This document shows, piece after piece, positions 1-11,215 of a stretch of DNA of 64,000 nucleotides. Origin of the DNA: Mycobacteriales bacterium (GTDB lineage Bacteria; Actinomycetota; Actinomycetes; Mycobacteriales; SCTD01); NCBI GenBank assembly GCA_040902655.1, contig JBBDWV010000049.1:20926-84925 (forward strand), in the 5' to 3' direction. The position numbers and the translations under genes are program-made. Numbering within the stretch: the stretch's first letter is position 1; each line of letters starts with the position of its first letter. The notes beneath the pieces are model-generated. The model did no database searches. It worked only from the letters and a program-made list of their open reading frames with translations, and was not told the origin of the DNA.

Positions 1-522
1 GCCGGGGTAGGGGGCCCAGCGCCCGACCATCACGCCGAGCAGCGCGCCACCGAGCACGGTGAGAGGGCCCTGCGCGAGGTGCCAGAACGACGGCGTCACG
101 ATGAACATGTCGCGCATCGCGAACACTGCGAACGCCAGCGTGACGAGAGCGGCATTCAGCAGCGCGGGACCGAGTGCGGCCAGGCACAGACCGATTGTCC
201 GGGCGTGCGGGCCGGCCGGCAGCGGCGCCAGCAGCTCGTCCGCCCCCGACCGCCGTTCCCGGGTCGTGACCAGGTTGGCCGCGAAGTAGGTGAACACGCC
301 TGAGTAGAAGGTGGAGCCGGTGGTGACGCCGGAGAACGCCGACCGGCCCCCGTCGCTGCCGACCGCCACGATCACGGCGAGGTTGAGAGCCAGCCCGGCG
401 AGGGCTATCGGGTGCCGGACGATCCGCCAGGCCTCGCCGCGGGCGAGCTGGACGGCAGCCGGCCACTCGCGCGAAGGAGTGGCCTCGTCGAGATCGGCCG
501 CAAGCAGCGCGTCACCGGTCAC
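1..522 (-). CDS. ABC-2-like transporter membrane protein, tandem paralog 2 (C-terminal end lies beyond window start)
   Basis: Hand translation of the minus frame gives VTGDALLAADLDEATPSREWPAAVQLARGEAWRIVRHPIALAGL...FWHLAQGPLTVLGGALLGVMVGRWAPYPG. This parallels the 519-1349 product (shared WRIVRHP, FAANLV, FWHLAQGPLTV, RWAPYPG). GTG 522-520 overlaps the upstream TGA (GTGA). It is absent from the ORF track because its stop lies outside the window. Confidence 0.7.
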   Translation of the reverse strand, partial: MTGDALLAADLDEATPSREWPAAVQLARGEAWRIVRHPIALAGLALNLAVIVAVGSDGGRSAFSGVTTGSTFYSGVFTYFAANLVTTRERRSGADELLAPLPAGPHARTIGLCLAALGPALLNAALVTLAFAVFAMRDMFIVTPSFWHLAQGPLTVLGGALLGVMVGRWAPYPG

Positions 523-1349
523 GGCAGCTGCGCCCATCCGGTCAGGACGGCGGCCGCAGTGCACGCCGCGCCGACCGGCAGCACCCGCCAGGGGCGGGAG
601 CTGGTCCGCAGGACGGCGCCCGCCGCTGCCATGCCGCAGAGCGCGGCGAGGTAGGCGGCGTGCCAGGCGGGCGATCCCGGGTGCACTCCGTACCAGGCCG
701 TTCCGGGTCCGTACACCGCCCAGGACACGTACGTGCCGAGCAGGCCCGCGCCGATCCCGTCGTTGCTCTGCCAGATGTTCCACGCGAACATCGCGACCAT
801 GACCACGAGTGCCATGCCCGGGTAAGGCGCCCATCGCGCGACCATGACGCCGAGTAGCGCCGCGCCGAACACCGTGAGCGGCCCCTGAGCGAGGTGCCAG
901 AACGTCGGGTGCACCTCGAACAGCCCCCGCAGCTCGAGCATCAGGTACCCGGTGGCGTTGAGCACGACGTTCAGCAGCGTCGGTCCGAGCGACGCCAGGC
1001 ACAGCGCGAGGGTCCGCTCGTGCTCCCCGGCCGCCAGCGGGGCGAGCATCTCCCGGCTGCCGTCCCGACGGGTCCGGGTCGCGACCAGGTTGGCGGCGAA
1101 GAAGACGAACACGCCGTAGAAGAAGGTCGATGCCGTCGACATCACGTCGAACGCGTCGCGCGGCCCGTTGTCCGCGACGGACGTGAACAGCACGAGGTGC
1201 AGGGTCAGGCCCACCAGCGCGACCGGGTGGCGGACGATCCGCCACGCCTCGGGCACGGCGAGCGCGGCCGCCACCCGCAGGGACGGGACCGGCCGGAAGG
1301 CCTCCGGAGGAGCGACGCCCGCCCGCCGCTCCCGCAGGGCCACGCTCAC
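519..1349 (-). CDS. ABC-2-like transporter membrane protein, tandem paralog 1
   Basis: ORF 519..1601 trimmed to GTG 1349 (VSVALRERR...), which overlaps the ATPase stop (GTGA). The product has multiple hydrophobic helices and sits directly downstream of an ABC ATPase. Confidence 0.75.
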   Translation of the reverse strand: MSVALRERRAGVAPPEAFRPVPSLRVAAALAVPEAWRIVRHPVALVGLTLHLVLFTSVADNGPRDAFDVMSTASTFFYGVFVFFAANLVATRTRRDGSREMLAPLAAGEHERTLALCLASLGPTLLNVVLNATGYLMLELRGLFEVHPTFWHLAQGPLTVFGAALLGVMVARWAPYPGMALVVMVAMFAWNIWQSNDGIGAGLLGTYVSWAVYGPGTAWYGVHPGSPAWHAAYLAALCGMAAAGAVLRTSSRPWRVLPVGAACTAAAVLTGWAQLP

Positions 1350-2203
1350 ACCGCCACCTCCGCCGGCCGTCCGCCGAGCAGCAGCAGGTAGCCGTCCTCG
1401 AGCGTGGCGTCGACGAGCTGCGCCCCGGGCGGCGGGTCGCCGACGTGGTGGAACAGCCCCGAGCCGAGCCGCCAGCCGGCCAGCGCCGCCGGATCCCGGA
1501 CCTCGTCCACCCACACCCGGTCGGCGGCGACGGCGACAAGCTCGGGCACCGTCCCGGTGAACAGCGTCCGGCCGCGGTCGACGACGACGACGCAGGAGCA
1601 CAGCGCCGCGACGTCCTCGGTCTGGTGCGTCGACAGCAGCACCGCGCGCTGCTCCCCCGCCTGCGACATCAGGTCGCGGAAGCGCAGCCGCTGCTCCGGG
1701 TCCAGCCCGGCCGTCGGCTCGTCCAGGACGAGCAGCCCCGGCTCCCCGAGCAGGGCCTGCGCGAGGCCGAGCCGGCGACGCATACCGCCCGACAGCGCCC
1801 GCACCTTCTTGCCTGCGACGTCCTCCAGCCCGACCAGCCCCAGCACCCGCCGCACCTCGTCGTGCCGGGCCCGCCGGTCGGTGTGCTCCTTCAGGACGGC
1901 GACGTAGTCGATCATCTCGAAGGTGGTGAACGCGCGGTGGAAGCCGGGCTCCTGCGGCAGGTAGCCGAGCCGGCGTCGGATCTCCACCCGCTCCTGCGGG
2001 TCGGCAGGGTCCAGCCCGAGCAGGCGAAGCTGCCCGGCATCGGGCGCGAGAACCGTCGCGACGACACGCAGCAGCGTGGTCTTGCCGGCGCCGTTCGGGC
2101 CGAGCAGCCCGGTGACGCCGGTTCCGGCGCTCAGCGTGACCCCGTCAAGGGCGCGCTTCCTGCCGTAGGACTTGACGAGCGAGGTCGCGCGGACGGCGGT
2201 CAT
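1346..2203 (-). CDS. ABC transporter ATP-binding protein
   Basis: ORF 1346..2926 trimmed to ATG 2203 (MTAVRATSLVKSYG). Walker A GPNGAGKTT, signature LSGGMRRR, Walker B LLVLDEPT. ATGA overlap with the anti-sigma stop. Confidence 0.9.
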   Translation of the reverse strand: MTAVRATSLVKSYGRKRALDGVTLSAGTGVTGLLGPNGAGKTTLLRVVATVLAPDAGQLRLLGLDPADPQERVEIRRRLGYLPQEPGFHRAFTTFEMIDYVAVLKEHTDRRARHDEVRRVLGLVGLEDVAGKKVRALSGGMRRRLGLAQALLGEPGLLVLDEPTAGLDPEQRLRFRDLMSQAGEQRAVLLSTHQTEDVAALCSCVVVVDRGRTLFTGTVPELVAVAADRVWVDEVRDPAALAGWRLGSGLFHHVGDPPPGAQLVDATLEDGYLLLLGGRPAEVAV

Positions 2204-3024
2204 GCCGATCCTCCGAGCGGTGCGGCGAGGGCGTTGCGGCGGACGACGACCAGCGCCAGCGCCGCGAGCAGGACGACGAGGCTGAGCAGCTGCGCCTCGG
2301 CCCCGACGACCGCCAGCGGATCCCGGCCCGGAGCCAGCGCAGGCGACACGACGGCGATCCACCCCGCGGCGAGGGCGAGCGCGCTGCGCAGCGGCTCGAA
2401 CCACGTCGCGAGCGCGAGGGTCGCCGACGTGAGCGCCAGGGCCGGGAGCAGCCATGCCGCCGCGAGCCACGGCGCACCCGGCAGGAGCACCGCGGCAGCG
2501 CCGATGAGCAGGACCGTCGCCGCGAGGACAGCGGTGCTGCGCACGACGAGCAGCCGGAAGGAGGAGTACGGCGATGCCGCCGCGACCTCGTGCACGGGAT
2601 CGGTCAGCGGCGAGAACGCGGCGGCGACACCGACGAGCGGCAGCAGCGGCGCGAGCACGAGGAACACCAGGATGCCGCGCTCGGTGGCGTGCGCGGAGGC
2701 CAGAGCCAGCGCGAGGACGGCGCCGAGGCTTGCGAACCAGGCGCCGCGCAGGGACGGCGTCGCCGCGAGCAGCCGGGCCGTACCGTCCGGGATGCCCAGC
2801 CGCAGCAGCAGCCGCTCGACGAGCGCGGGGACGGGTGCGTCGAGGCGCTCGACGATCTCGTCCCACACCCGGTCGAGCCGCGACAGGTCCACGACCGGCA
2901 CCATCCGGGCGCGGCAGGCGGCGCATCCCACGACGTGCGCCTCGAGGGAGGCGGCGAGCACAGGCGGCGCCACTCCGGCGACGTAGCGCTCCAGCAGGTC
3001 CTCGTCCAGGTGCCAGCTGATCAT
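2200..3024 (-). CDS. zf-HC2 (ZAS-type) anti-sigma factor with multi-pass membrane domain
   Basis: ORF 2200..3753 trimmed to ATG 3024 (MISWHLDEDLLERY). HxxxCxxC motif AHVVGCAACRA is followed by about 6 hydrophobic helices. It lies immediately downstream of an ECF sigma with an ATGA overlap. Confidence 0.8.
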   Translation of the reverse strand: MISWHLDEDLLERYVAGVAPPVLAASLEAHVVGCAACRARMVPVVDLSRLDRVWDEIVERLDAPVPALVERLLLRLGIPDGTARLLAATPSLRGAWFASLGAVLALALASAHATERGILVFLVLAPLLPLVGVAAAFSPLTDPVHEVAAASPYSSFRLLVVRSTAVLAATVLLIGAAAVLLPGAPWLAAAWLLPALALTSATLALATWFEPLRSALALAAGWIAVVSPALAPGRDPLAVVGAEAQLLSLVVLLAALALVVVRRNALAAPLGGSA

Positions 3025-3605
3025 GCCAACTCCTCTCGCAGCGCCGCGCGGGCGCGCATCATGCGGGTCTTGACCGTGCCGGCGGGAATGCCGAGCAGCT
3101 GGGCCGCCTCGCGCGTCGTGAGCCCGTCGAGGACGGTCGCCTGGACCACCGCTCTCAGCTCCGGTGAGAGCCGGCCGAGAGCTCCGGCGAGGTCGCCGTG
3201 TTCGACGCCGAGCAGAACCAGCTCCTCGGCCGAGGCGACCGCCTGCCGCTCGAAGACATGGCCGTTCACGTCCGCGAGCAGCACCGGCGTCCGGGGCGAA
3301 CGCCGTACCGCGTCGACCAGCCTGCGCACCGCGATCCCCCACATCCAGGCGGCCGGTTGGCCCTGGCCGCTCCACCGGCCGGCGCCGCGCCAGATCGCGA
3401 CGAAGGTGTCCTGCAGGACTTCGTCGACCAGCCCGGGATCCGGGCACCGCCGCTGCAGCCGCAACAGGAGCCAGGGCGTGTGCCGCCGGTAGAGCTCGGC
3501 GAGAGCGTCGCGGGAGCCGGCCGCGACGTCGCAGAGCAGCTGCGCGTCGTCCCGGGCGCCGCCCGCGTCCGGTGCTGCCACTGCGACCCCCCCGGCAGTG
3601 AGCAC
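3021..3605 (-). CDS. ECF-family RNA polymerase sigma factor
   Basis: ORF 3021..4196 trimmed to GTG 3605 (alternative GTG at 3581). Region-2-like ALAELYRRHTPWLLLRL..DEVLQDTFVAIW and region-4 HTH LTTREAAQLLGIPAGTVKTRMMRAR. Confidence 0.85.
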   Translation of the reverse strand: MLTAGGVAVAAPDAGGARDDAQLLCDVAAGSRDALAELYRRHTPWLLLRLQRRCPDPGLVDEVLQDTFVAIWRGAGRWSGQGQPAAWMWGIAVRRLVDAVRRSPRTPVLLADVNGHVFERQAVASAEELVLLGVEHGDLAGALGRLSPELRAVVQATVLDGLTTREAAQLLGIPAGTVKTRMMRARAALREELA

Positions 3606-4159
3606 TAGAACGGGACGTCGAGGCAACCCAGCCGCGCCCCGGCGACACCCGAGTCCTGCGGCCCCGTGTGCGTGTGCTCGACGTGCAGGATGACCGACCG
3701 GGCGCGCCGTGTCTGCGAGAACTGCCAAGGAACCCGTGTCGTCGCGACGCCATGCCCCGCGCTGTTCGTGGTCAGGTCGAGCCAGATCTCGTTGGACGGG
3801 TTCGCGTACTCCGGGTCGGTGGAGGGACTCACCGGGTCGGGCTCGTGCTGGAAGTGCGGACCGGCGTCCGCCCCCGCCGCACCGCACGGGTTCGTGTGCG
3901 CGTGCGCGCCGTAATCGGTGTCCGGCGCCAGCCCCCACACGTGCAGCTGCACGGTGCTGCGACCGGCTCCGTCGTAGACCGCCTGCACCCGGGCGCGCGC
4001 GTCCTCGTCCCAGGAGTCGGCGTAGTCGACGAGAGGGCCCTCGACGACGACTCGATCTGCCGGGTCCGCGGCGACCGGTGAGCCGGTGACGGTGGCGGTC
4101 GCGGCGACCCCCAGGAGCAGGGCGGTGGTAGTGGTCAGGCGGTGTGCGGAGCGGTGCAT
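3605..4159 (-). CDS. secreted Cu/Zn superoxide dismutase-like (SodC family) protein
   Basis: Signal-like N-terminus MHRSAHRLTTTTALLLGVAATATVTG. Motifs GAHAHTNPCG, GPHFQH, VILHVEHTH and GARLGCLDV align by eye with the SodC blocks (HxH..C, GGHxH, IIIH, G..vACGVI). Confidence 0.75.
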   Translation of the reverse strand: MHRSAHRLTTTTALLLGVAATATVTGSPVAADPADRVVVEGPLVDYADSWDEDARARVQAVYDGAGRSTVQLHVWGLAPDTDYGAHAHTNPCGAAGADAGPHFQHEPDPVSPSTDPEYANPSNEIWLDLTTNSAGHGVATTRVPWQFSQTRRARSVILHVEHTHTGPQDSGVAGARLGCLDVPF

Positions 4160-4200
4160 GCTGGTCTCCCCCGAAGCGGTCGGTTGCTGTCACCACACCT

Positions 4201-4227
4201 GTCGCACCGGGAGCTTCGAACGGTTCA
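4201..4227 (-). promoter_or_regulatory. candidate ECF-type promoter for the SodC-like/sigma operon
   Basis: The minus strand reads TGAACC-N17-CGAC about 41 nt upstream of the ATG at 4159, with GGGGGAG as an SD. This resembles GAAC..CGT-type ECF promoters. It is a motif match by eye only. Confidence 0.3.
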
Positions 4228-4232
4228 TCCGG

Positions 4233-6182
<1,950 letters not shown>

Positions 6183-6220
6183 GCCGCCCATCCTCCCCGC
6201 TGCAGGCAGCCCCGAACGGC

Positions 6221-6631
6221 CTAGCGCCAGGTCCCGCCGCCGCCCGCGTCGCGCCCGGAGTCGATCTCCAGGCTCTCTCGGCGCAGATCTGCGGAGACCT
6301 CGTGCTCCTCGTACACCGTGTGTTTGCGGACGACGACCCGCTCACGCACGATGAGCCGCTTCGTGACGACCAGTTGCTCCTCGAAGACGGGGATGGACAG
6401 GCTGCCGTCCGGGAGCGTCTCCACCCGGCCGCTGTCGGTCGCCGGGTCGGTGACGGGGTGCCGGTCGACGTCGGCGTGCTCGGTCCCCCGCTCGGCCCGC
6501 TGCGTCGCGCGCTCGACGTCGACCTGCTTGCGCGCGCCGACCGCGTCGAGCTGCTCGCGGGCCAGCCGCTGCTGCTCCCGCTCGTCGTCCACCCGCGGCT
6601 GCTCCTCCGACGGGCGCCCGTCCCCGTTCAC
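6221..6631 (-). CDS. DUF2382/YsnF-AvaK-like stress-response domain protein
   Basis: The C-terminal block [35 protein letters not shown] is typical of the PRC-barrel-like DUF2382 repeat. GTG 6631 overlaps the upstream stop (GTGA). Confidence 0.65.
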   Translation of the reverse strand: MNGDGRPSEEQPRVDDEREQQRLAREQLDAVGARKQVDVERATQRAERGTEHADVDRHPVTDPATDSGRVETLPDGSLSIPVFEEQLVVTKRLIVRERVVVRKHTVYEEHEVSADLRRESLEIDSGRDAGGGGTWR

Positions 6632-7278
6632 CGGCGCACCTCCAGGACGGGTGCGGGTGCGACAGCGCCCGGACGGGTGCCGAGCAGCAGGTCGTCCACC
6701 GATCGGTGCCACCGGGCGGCCGCGCGGCCCGCGAGAGCTGCAGCCAGCAGCGCGAGCGCCGTCCCGACGAGGCCGGTCACCAGCGCGGTGACAGCGAGTC
6801 GGTCTCCCTCAGCCGGCGACGGGAGTTCGAGGTCGGCGGCGCTGACGCCCATGGTCACGGCACCCGCGAGCAGGCCGACGAGCAGGAGGAGCAGCAATCC
6901 GGCGAGCAGCCCGTTGCGCCCGCCGTCGTAGCGCGCGGCGCGGCCGGCGGTCCAGCCTGCGAGCAGGCCGGAGACGGCCAGCACGAGCGCAGCGGTGACC
7001 AGCGCGGGCAGCGCCTGGCCCTCGGGGTCCACGGCCGCACTCGCGACGGCGCCGAGCAGCCCGCCGAGCAGCGCGGCGGTGCCGAGACCGGCCAGGCCGC
7101 CGGCGAGCAGCGCGGGCAGGTCCACGCCGCCGACCTGCGAGCGGGTCTCGGCCAGCGGCAGCTCCTTGTAGGCGCGCTCGACCGAGATGTCCGAGCCGTG
7201 CACGACGACGGTCGACAGCGTGCTCGTCTTCTGCTCGGTGCGGGCGTCGGCCTCTGCCGGCGCCGTGTGTCTGGCCAT
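6628..7278 (-). CDS. hypothetical membrane protein (Gly/Leu/Ala-rich helices)
   Basis: ORF 6628..7803 trimmed to ATG 7278 (MARHTAPAEADART..). Four hydrophobic segments. Translationally coupled to the DUF2382 gene. Confidence 0.6.
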   Translation of the reverse strand: MARHTAPAEADARTEQKTSTLSTVVVHGSDISVERAYKELPLAETRSQVGGVDLPALLAGGLAGLGTAALLGGLLGAVASAAVDPEGQALPALVTAALVLAVSGLLAGWTAGRAARYDGGRNGLLAGLLLLLLVGLLAGAVTMGVSAADLELPSPAEGDRLAVTALVTGLVGTALALLAAALAGRAAARWHRSVDDLLLGTRPGAVAPAPVLEVRR

Positions 7279-7368
7279 CGGTGCCCTCCTGGACGGGTTG
7301 AGCGACCCCTTGCCACCGCACCCGTCGGCAAACACCGGTGACGCCCTGCTGGGTGCAGCCGACCGGCG

Positions 7369-7812
7369 GTGGAGACTGGCGCCGTGCCCGGACCGCTCGT
7401 GATCACGCCGCGGCTGACCGTACCCGAGGCGGAGCTGTCCTGGCGCTTCTCGCGCTCCTCCGGCCCGGGCGGGCAGGGCGTCAACACGACCGACAGCCGG
7501 GCCGAGCTGTCCTTCGACGTCGCCCGGTCGCCGTCGCTGAGCGGGTACCTGCGGGCACGGGCGCTGGAGCGGCTGGCCGGCCGTCTGGTCGACGGGGTGC
7601 TGACGGTGGCCGCGTCCGAGCACCGCTCCCAGCTGCAGAACCGCGAGGCGGCCGAGCAACGGCTGACGCAGCTGCTCCGGGAGGCGGTGGCGCCGCCTCC
7701 TCCCGCACGGCGGCCGACCCGACCGACGAAGGGCTCGAAGGAGCGCCGCCTCGAGGGCAAGCGGCAGCGCTCGCAGGTCAAGAGGGGGAGGTCGGGACAG
7801 CACGAGGAGTGA
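7369..7812 (+). CDS. arfB: alternative ribosome-rescue factor / peptidyl-tRNA hydrolase ArfB
   Basis: GGQ motif (RSSGPGGQGVNTTDS) and a basic C-terminal tail (RRPTRPTKGSKERRLEGKRQRSQVKRGR), as in E. coli YaeJ/ArfB. An alternative GTG start lies at 7384. Confidence 0.9.
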   Translation: METGAVPGPLVITPRLTVPEAELSWRFSRSSGPGGQGVNTTDSRAELSFDVARSPSLSGYLRARALERLAGRLVDGVLTVAASEHRSQLQNREAAEQRLTQLLREAVAPPPPARRPTRPTKGSKERRLEGKRQRSQVKRGRSGQHEE

Positions 7813-7818
7813 CCGCCG

Positions 7819-8004
7819 TCAGTCCTTCGGTGCCTCGTCCTTCGGGTCCTGGTCCGGAAACTCCCGCGGCAGGCGCTTGATCCGGCCGCTCATGTTGCGG
7901 ATCAGCAGAGCCGTGGCGATCAGCATGAACAAGATGATGACCAGGCCGATGGGGCCGGTGCCGATGTCCTCCTCCTCGACCACGGCGAGCAGCAGCAGGC
8001 TCAC
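7819..8004 (-). CDS. small membrane protein (61 aa)
   Basis: ORF 7819..8256 trimmed to GTG 8004, which overlaps the mca stop (GTGA). One TM helix ([16 protein letters not shown]) plus a charged tail. Confidence 0.5.
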   Translation of the reverse strand: MSLLLLAVVEEEDIGTGPIGLVIILFMLIATALLIRNMSGRIKRLPREFPDQDPKDEAPKD

Positions 8005-8879
8005 GACGTCACCCGCTCCCGGACACCGGCGAACAGGTCGGCCTCGGGCAGCGTCGTGTCGACCAGCGACCGGGCCAGCTGGAAGTCCTCGCTCGGCCAG
8101 CAGGTCTCCTGCAGGTCCAGCGGGCAGGCGAACCAGCGGCCGGTGGGATCGACCTGCGTGGCGTGCGCGATCAGCGCCGCGTCCCGGACCTTGAAGAACT
8201 CCGCGCACGGCACGGAGGTGGTCAGCCGCTCGGCATCGGCCGGCTTGTCCTCCCACCTGTCGAGCCAGTCACCGTACGGCGACTCGATCCCGCGCTCGAC
8301 CATCGCGTCGTGCAGCGCCTGGATCCGGCCCTTGTGGAACGTCAGGTTGTAGTACAGCTTCAGCGGCTGCCAGGGCTCCCCCACGTCGGGGAACCGGTCG
8401 GGGTCGCCGGCCGCCTCGAAGGCGGCGACCGACACCTGGTGGCAGCGGACGTGGTCCGGGTGCGGGTAGCCCCCGCTCTCGTCGTAGGTCGTCATGACGT
8501 GCGGCCGCTCGCGGCGCACGACCCGGACCAGCGCCTCGGTCTGCTCCTCGAGGTCGCCGGTGGCGAAGCAGCCCTCCGGCAGCGGCGGCAGCGGGTCGCC
8601 CTCCGGCAGACCGGAGTCGACGTAGCCGAGGAAGACCTGGCGCACCCCGAGGATCTCGCGGGCCCGCTCCATCTCCTGGGCCCGGATCCCGGTGATGTCG
8701 GCCAGCACCTCGGGCCGGTCCATGGCGGGATTGAGCACCGAACCGCGCGAGCCGTCCGTCAGCGTCACCACCAGGACGTCGACGTCCTCGCTCGCGTAGC
8801 GGGCCATCGTGGCCGCGCCCTTGCTCGACTCGTCGTCGGGGTGTGCGTGCACGCACATGAGCCGTAGCTGATCGACCAC
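8001..8879 (-). CDS. mca: mycothiol S-conjugate amidase (LmbE/PIG-L family)
   Basis: [28 protein letters not shown] matches the Mca N-terminus as I remember it, and HPDH is present. The mca, DUF4307, greA context is conserved. Confidence 0.85.
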   Translation of the reverse strand: MVDQLRLMCVHAHPDDESSKGAATMARYASEDVDVLVVTLTDGSRGSVLNPAMDRPEVLADITGIRAQEMERAREILGVRQVFLGYVDSGLPEGDPLPPLPEGCFATGDLEEQTEALVRVVRRERPHVMTTYDESGGYPHPDHVRCHQVSVAAFEAAGDPDRFPDVGEPWQPLKLYYNLTFHKGRIQALHDAMVERGIESPYGDWLDRWEDKPADAERLTTSVPCAEFFKVRDAALIAHATQVDPTGRWFACPLDLQETCWPSEDFQLARSLVDTTLPEADLFAGVRERVTS

Positions 8880-8955
8880 GCGGTTGTGCCTCCTGATCCG
8901 GACCGGGGGACCATCGTCACGTAGTCCCAACACCGACAGCCACCGCAGGAGTCCC

Positions 8956-9396
8956 GTGTCCTCCCCCCGCCCCTCCCGACGCCGTCCCGCGGGGCGCTAC
9001 GACGAGCCGTCGCTGCTCGGCGCGCGGCTGACCGCCCTCGTGCTCTCGGTGCTGTTCGTCGCCCTGCTGACGGGCATCGGCACCGTTCTCTATGCCCGCT
9101 TCTTCACCGAACAGGTACGGGCCCGCGTCATCGACTTCCAGGTGCTGTCGGACGAGGTGGTGCGCATCGATCTCGAGGTGGTCAAGACGCCCGGCTCGCC
9201 GGCCTACTGCCTCCTGCGCGCCCGCGGGTCCGACGGTGCGGAGGTCGGCCGGGACATCGTCGTCGTCGACGCGCGCGGCACCCTTGACCGTGTCGTCCGG
9301 GGCGAGCACGACCTGGCCACCACGGCCCGCGCGGTGACCGGCGAGTCGGCCGGGTGCAGCGCCGAACCGGTCCCGTCGACGACGCCCGCCCCGTAG
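8956..9396 (+). CDS. DUF4307-like membrane-anchored protein
   Basis: Single TM helix ([22 protein letters not shown]) followed by a beta-rich domain. It sits between mca and greA as in other actinobacteria. The start is uncertain (GTG 8956 chosen; the ORF opens at TTG 8884). Confidence 0.6.
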   Translation: MSSPRPSRRRPAGRYDEPSLLGARLTALVLSVLFVALLTGIGTVLYARFFTEQVRARVIDFQVLSDEVVRIDLEVVKTPGSPAYCLLRARGSDGAEVGRDIVVVDARGTLDRVVRGEHDLATTARAVTGESAGCSAEPVPSTTPAP

Positions 9397-9437
9397 CATC
9401 GAAAGACCTGCACCCCGACTTCTGTGAGGGAAGCACC

Positions 9438-9932
9438 ATGAGCACCCAGTCCGCCCCGTCGACACCCTGGCTCACCCAGGAGGCCTTCGACCGGCTGTCT
9501 GCCGAGCTCGAGGAGGCCAAGGGTCCGCGCCGCGCCGACATCGTGGCGAAGATCGAGGCGGCCCGCGAGGAGGGCGACCTCAAGGAGAACGGCGGATACC
9601 ACGCCGCCAAGGACGAGCAGGGCAAGCTCGAGGCCCGCATCCGTCAGCTGACCCAGCTGCTGCGCGAGGCCAAGGTCGGCGAGGCACCGACCAGCGCCGG
9701 CGTGGCCGGCCCCGGCATGGTGGTCGAGGTGAAGTACGCCGGTGACGACGAGACCGAGCGTTTCCTGATCGGCTCGCGCGAGGACAAGGTCTCGATGCCG
9801 GTCTACTCCGCGCAGTCCCCGCTCGGCCTGGCCCTGACCGGTGCCAAGGTGGGCGACTCCGTCAGCTACACCCTGCCGAACGGCGGCTCGATGACCGTCG
9901 AGCTGCTGTCCGCGGAGCCGTACACCGGCTGA
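9438..9932 (+). CDS. greA: transcription elongation factor GreA
   Basis: [40 protein letters not shown] plus a C-terminal FKBP-like domain. ATG 9438. Confidence 0.95.
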   Translation: MSTQSAPSTPWLTQEAFDRLSAELEEAKGPRRADIVAKIEAAREEGDLKENGGYHAAKDEQGKLEARIRQLTQLLREAKVGEAPTSAGVAGPGMVVEVKYAGDDETERFLIGSREDKVSMPVYSAQSPLGLALTGAKVGDSVSYTLPNGGSMTVELLSAEPYTG

Positions 9933-9962
9933 CCGCACCCTCGGCCGGCCGTGCCCGCGGCT

Positions 9963-11126
9963 TCAGCAGGGGAAGGCCAGCACGGAGGCGGTGAAGCCGT
10001 GCAGGTGGTTGCGCCCGCCGACCGGCCCCAGCTCACCTCCGGCGAAGAAGCCGGCGATGCCCGGGGCGGCGAGTTCCTCCCGCACCAGCGCGGGGTCATG
10101 GTCGGCGCCGCCGTGGGAGGCCCCGAACAGGTGTGCCCCCCTGCCGTTGCAGGAGAACAGCAGCACGCCGCCGGCCGGCGTGTCGCGGCTCACCCGCCGA
10201 TAGCCGGCCAGCAGCGCGCGCAGGTCGGCGTCGGCGGCATCCGCGTCCCGCACCTGCAGCCGGACGGTCCGTCCCACCTCCACCAGGTCGCCGACGACGA
10301 CGCCGCCGGTCTCCCGCTCGACGCCCAGGATCGCGCGGACGAGGAAGTCGTGCTCCTCGGCGTACTCATCCATCGCGATGCCGATCTGCAGGCCCGAGCG
10401 GGCCAGCGCCTGGTCGGCCGGTGACAGCTCGGCGAGCAGCTGCTCCAGACGCTGCAGCGCCGGCACCCCCGCCAGCTCGCGCAGCACGTTGCCTGCGGCT
10501 GCGGTGACGGTCATCGGCGGGCCGACGGGGCGGCAGCCCTGGCTCACGATCGTGCGCAGGCCGGCGCCCTGCACCAGCACGCCGACTGCGCCGCGATCGA
10601 CCACCCGGCCGTCGACGAGCAGCCGGGTCGAGCCGGCACCGCGCGCACCGCCCGCAAGGCCACCGACGACCGGGAGCCCGGGCAGCGCGACGTTCACCTG
10701 GTCCAGGAAGCCCTCGGCCGGGAAGCTGTACGGGTCCGCGAGCAGCACGGCCACGTCGTCGCCGTCCGGCTCCGGCAGACCGATCACCGCGGCGCCCTCC
10801 TCGGAGGTCAGGACCTCGAGGTGGAACGCCCGCAGCCGCACGTCCGGCAGCACCGCGGCGAAGACGCTCACCGCCGCCCGTCCCTCGACGCCGTGTGCAC
10901 CGCCGATGACCCCTCCTGCGCTGCAGCCGATCGTCGCCCCGGCGGCCGAGACCTGCGCCGCGTGCCCGAACGCCGCCGCCACGTCCTCGGGATCGGCACC
11001 GGCGACGAACACGCAGAGCAGGTCCGGCGCCCGGCCACCGAGAGGAACCAGCGCCCGCGCCGTCGCCTCCTCGGCCGCATGCAGCAGGTCGCCGCCGATT
11101 GCCAGTCCGTCCCCGAAGCACGCCAT
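9963..11126 (-). CDS. FIST-domain signal-sensing protein
   Basis: FIST_N/FIST_C layout. The C-terminal GFFAGGELGPVGGRNHLHGFTASV is the characteristic FIST_C ending. Confidence 0.75.
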   Translation of the reverse strand: MACFGDGLAIGGDLLHAAEEATARALVPLGGRAPDLLCVFVAGADPEDVAAAFGHAAQVSAAGATIGCSAGGVIGGAHGVEGRAAVSVFAAVLPDVRLRAFHLEVLTSEEGAAVIGLPEPDGDDVAVLLADPYSFPAEGFLDQVNVALPGLPVVGGLAGGARGAGSTRLLVDGRVVDRGAVGVLVQGAGLRTIVSQGCRPVGPPMTVTAAAGNVLRELAGVPALQRLEQLLAELSPADQALARSGLQIGIAMDEYAEEHDFLVRAILGVERETGGVVVGDLVEVGRTVRLQVRDADAADADLRALLAGYRRVSRDTPAGGVLLFSCNGRGAHLFGASHGGADHDPALVREELAAPGIAGFFAGGELGPVGGRNHLHGFTASVLAFPC

Positions 11127-11215
11127 GCCCCCATCCTCTCCCCTCCGGCAAGCGGCGGCCCCAGGTCAGCCCCACGAGCCGTGCGGGGGAGCGGAACCGG
11201 ACGTAGGGTCGGGCG

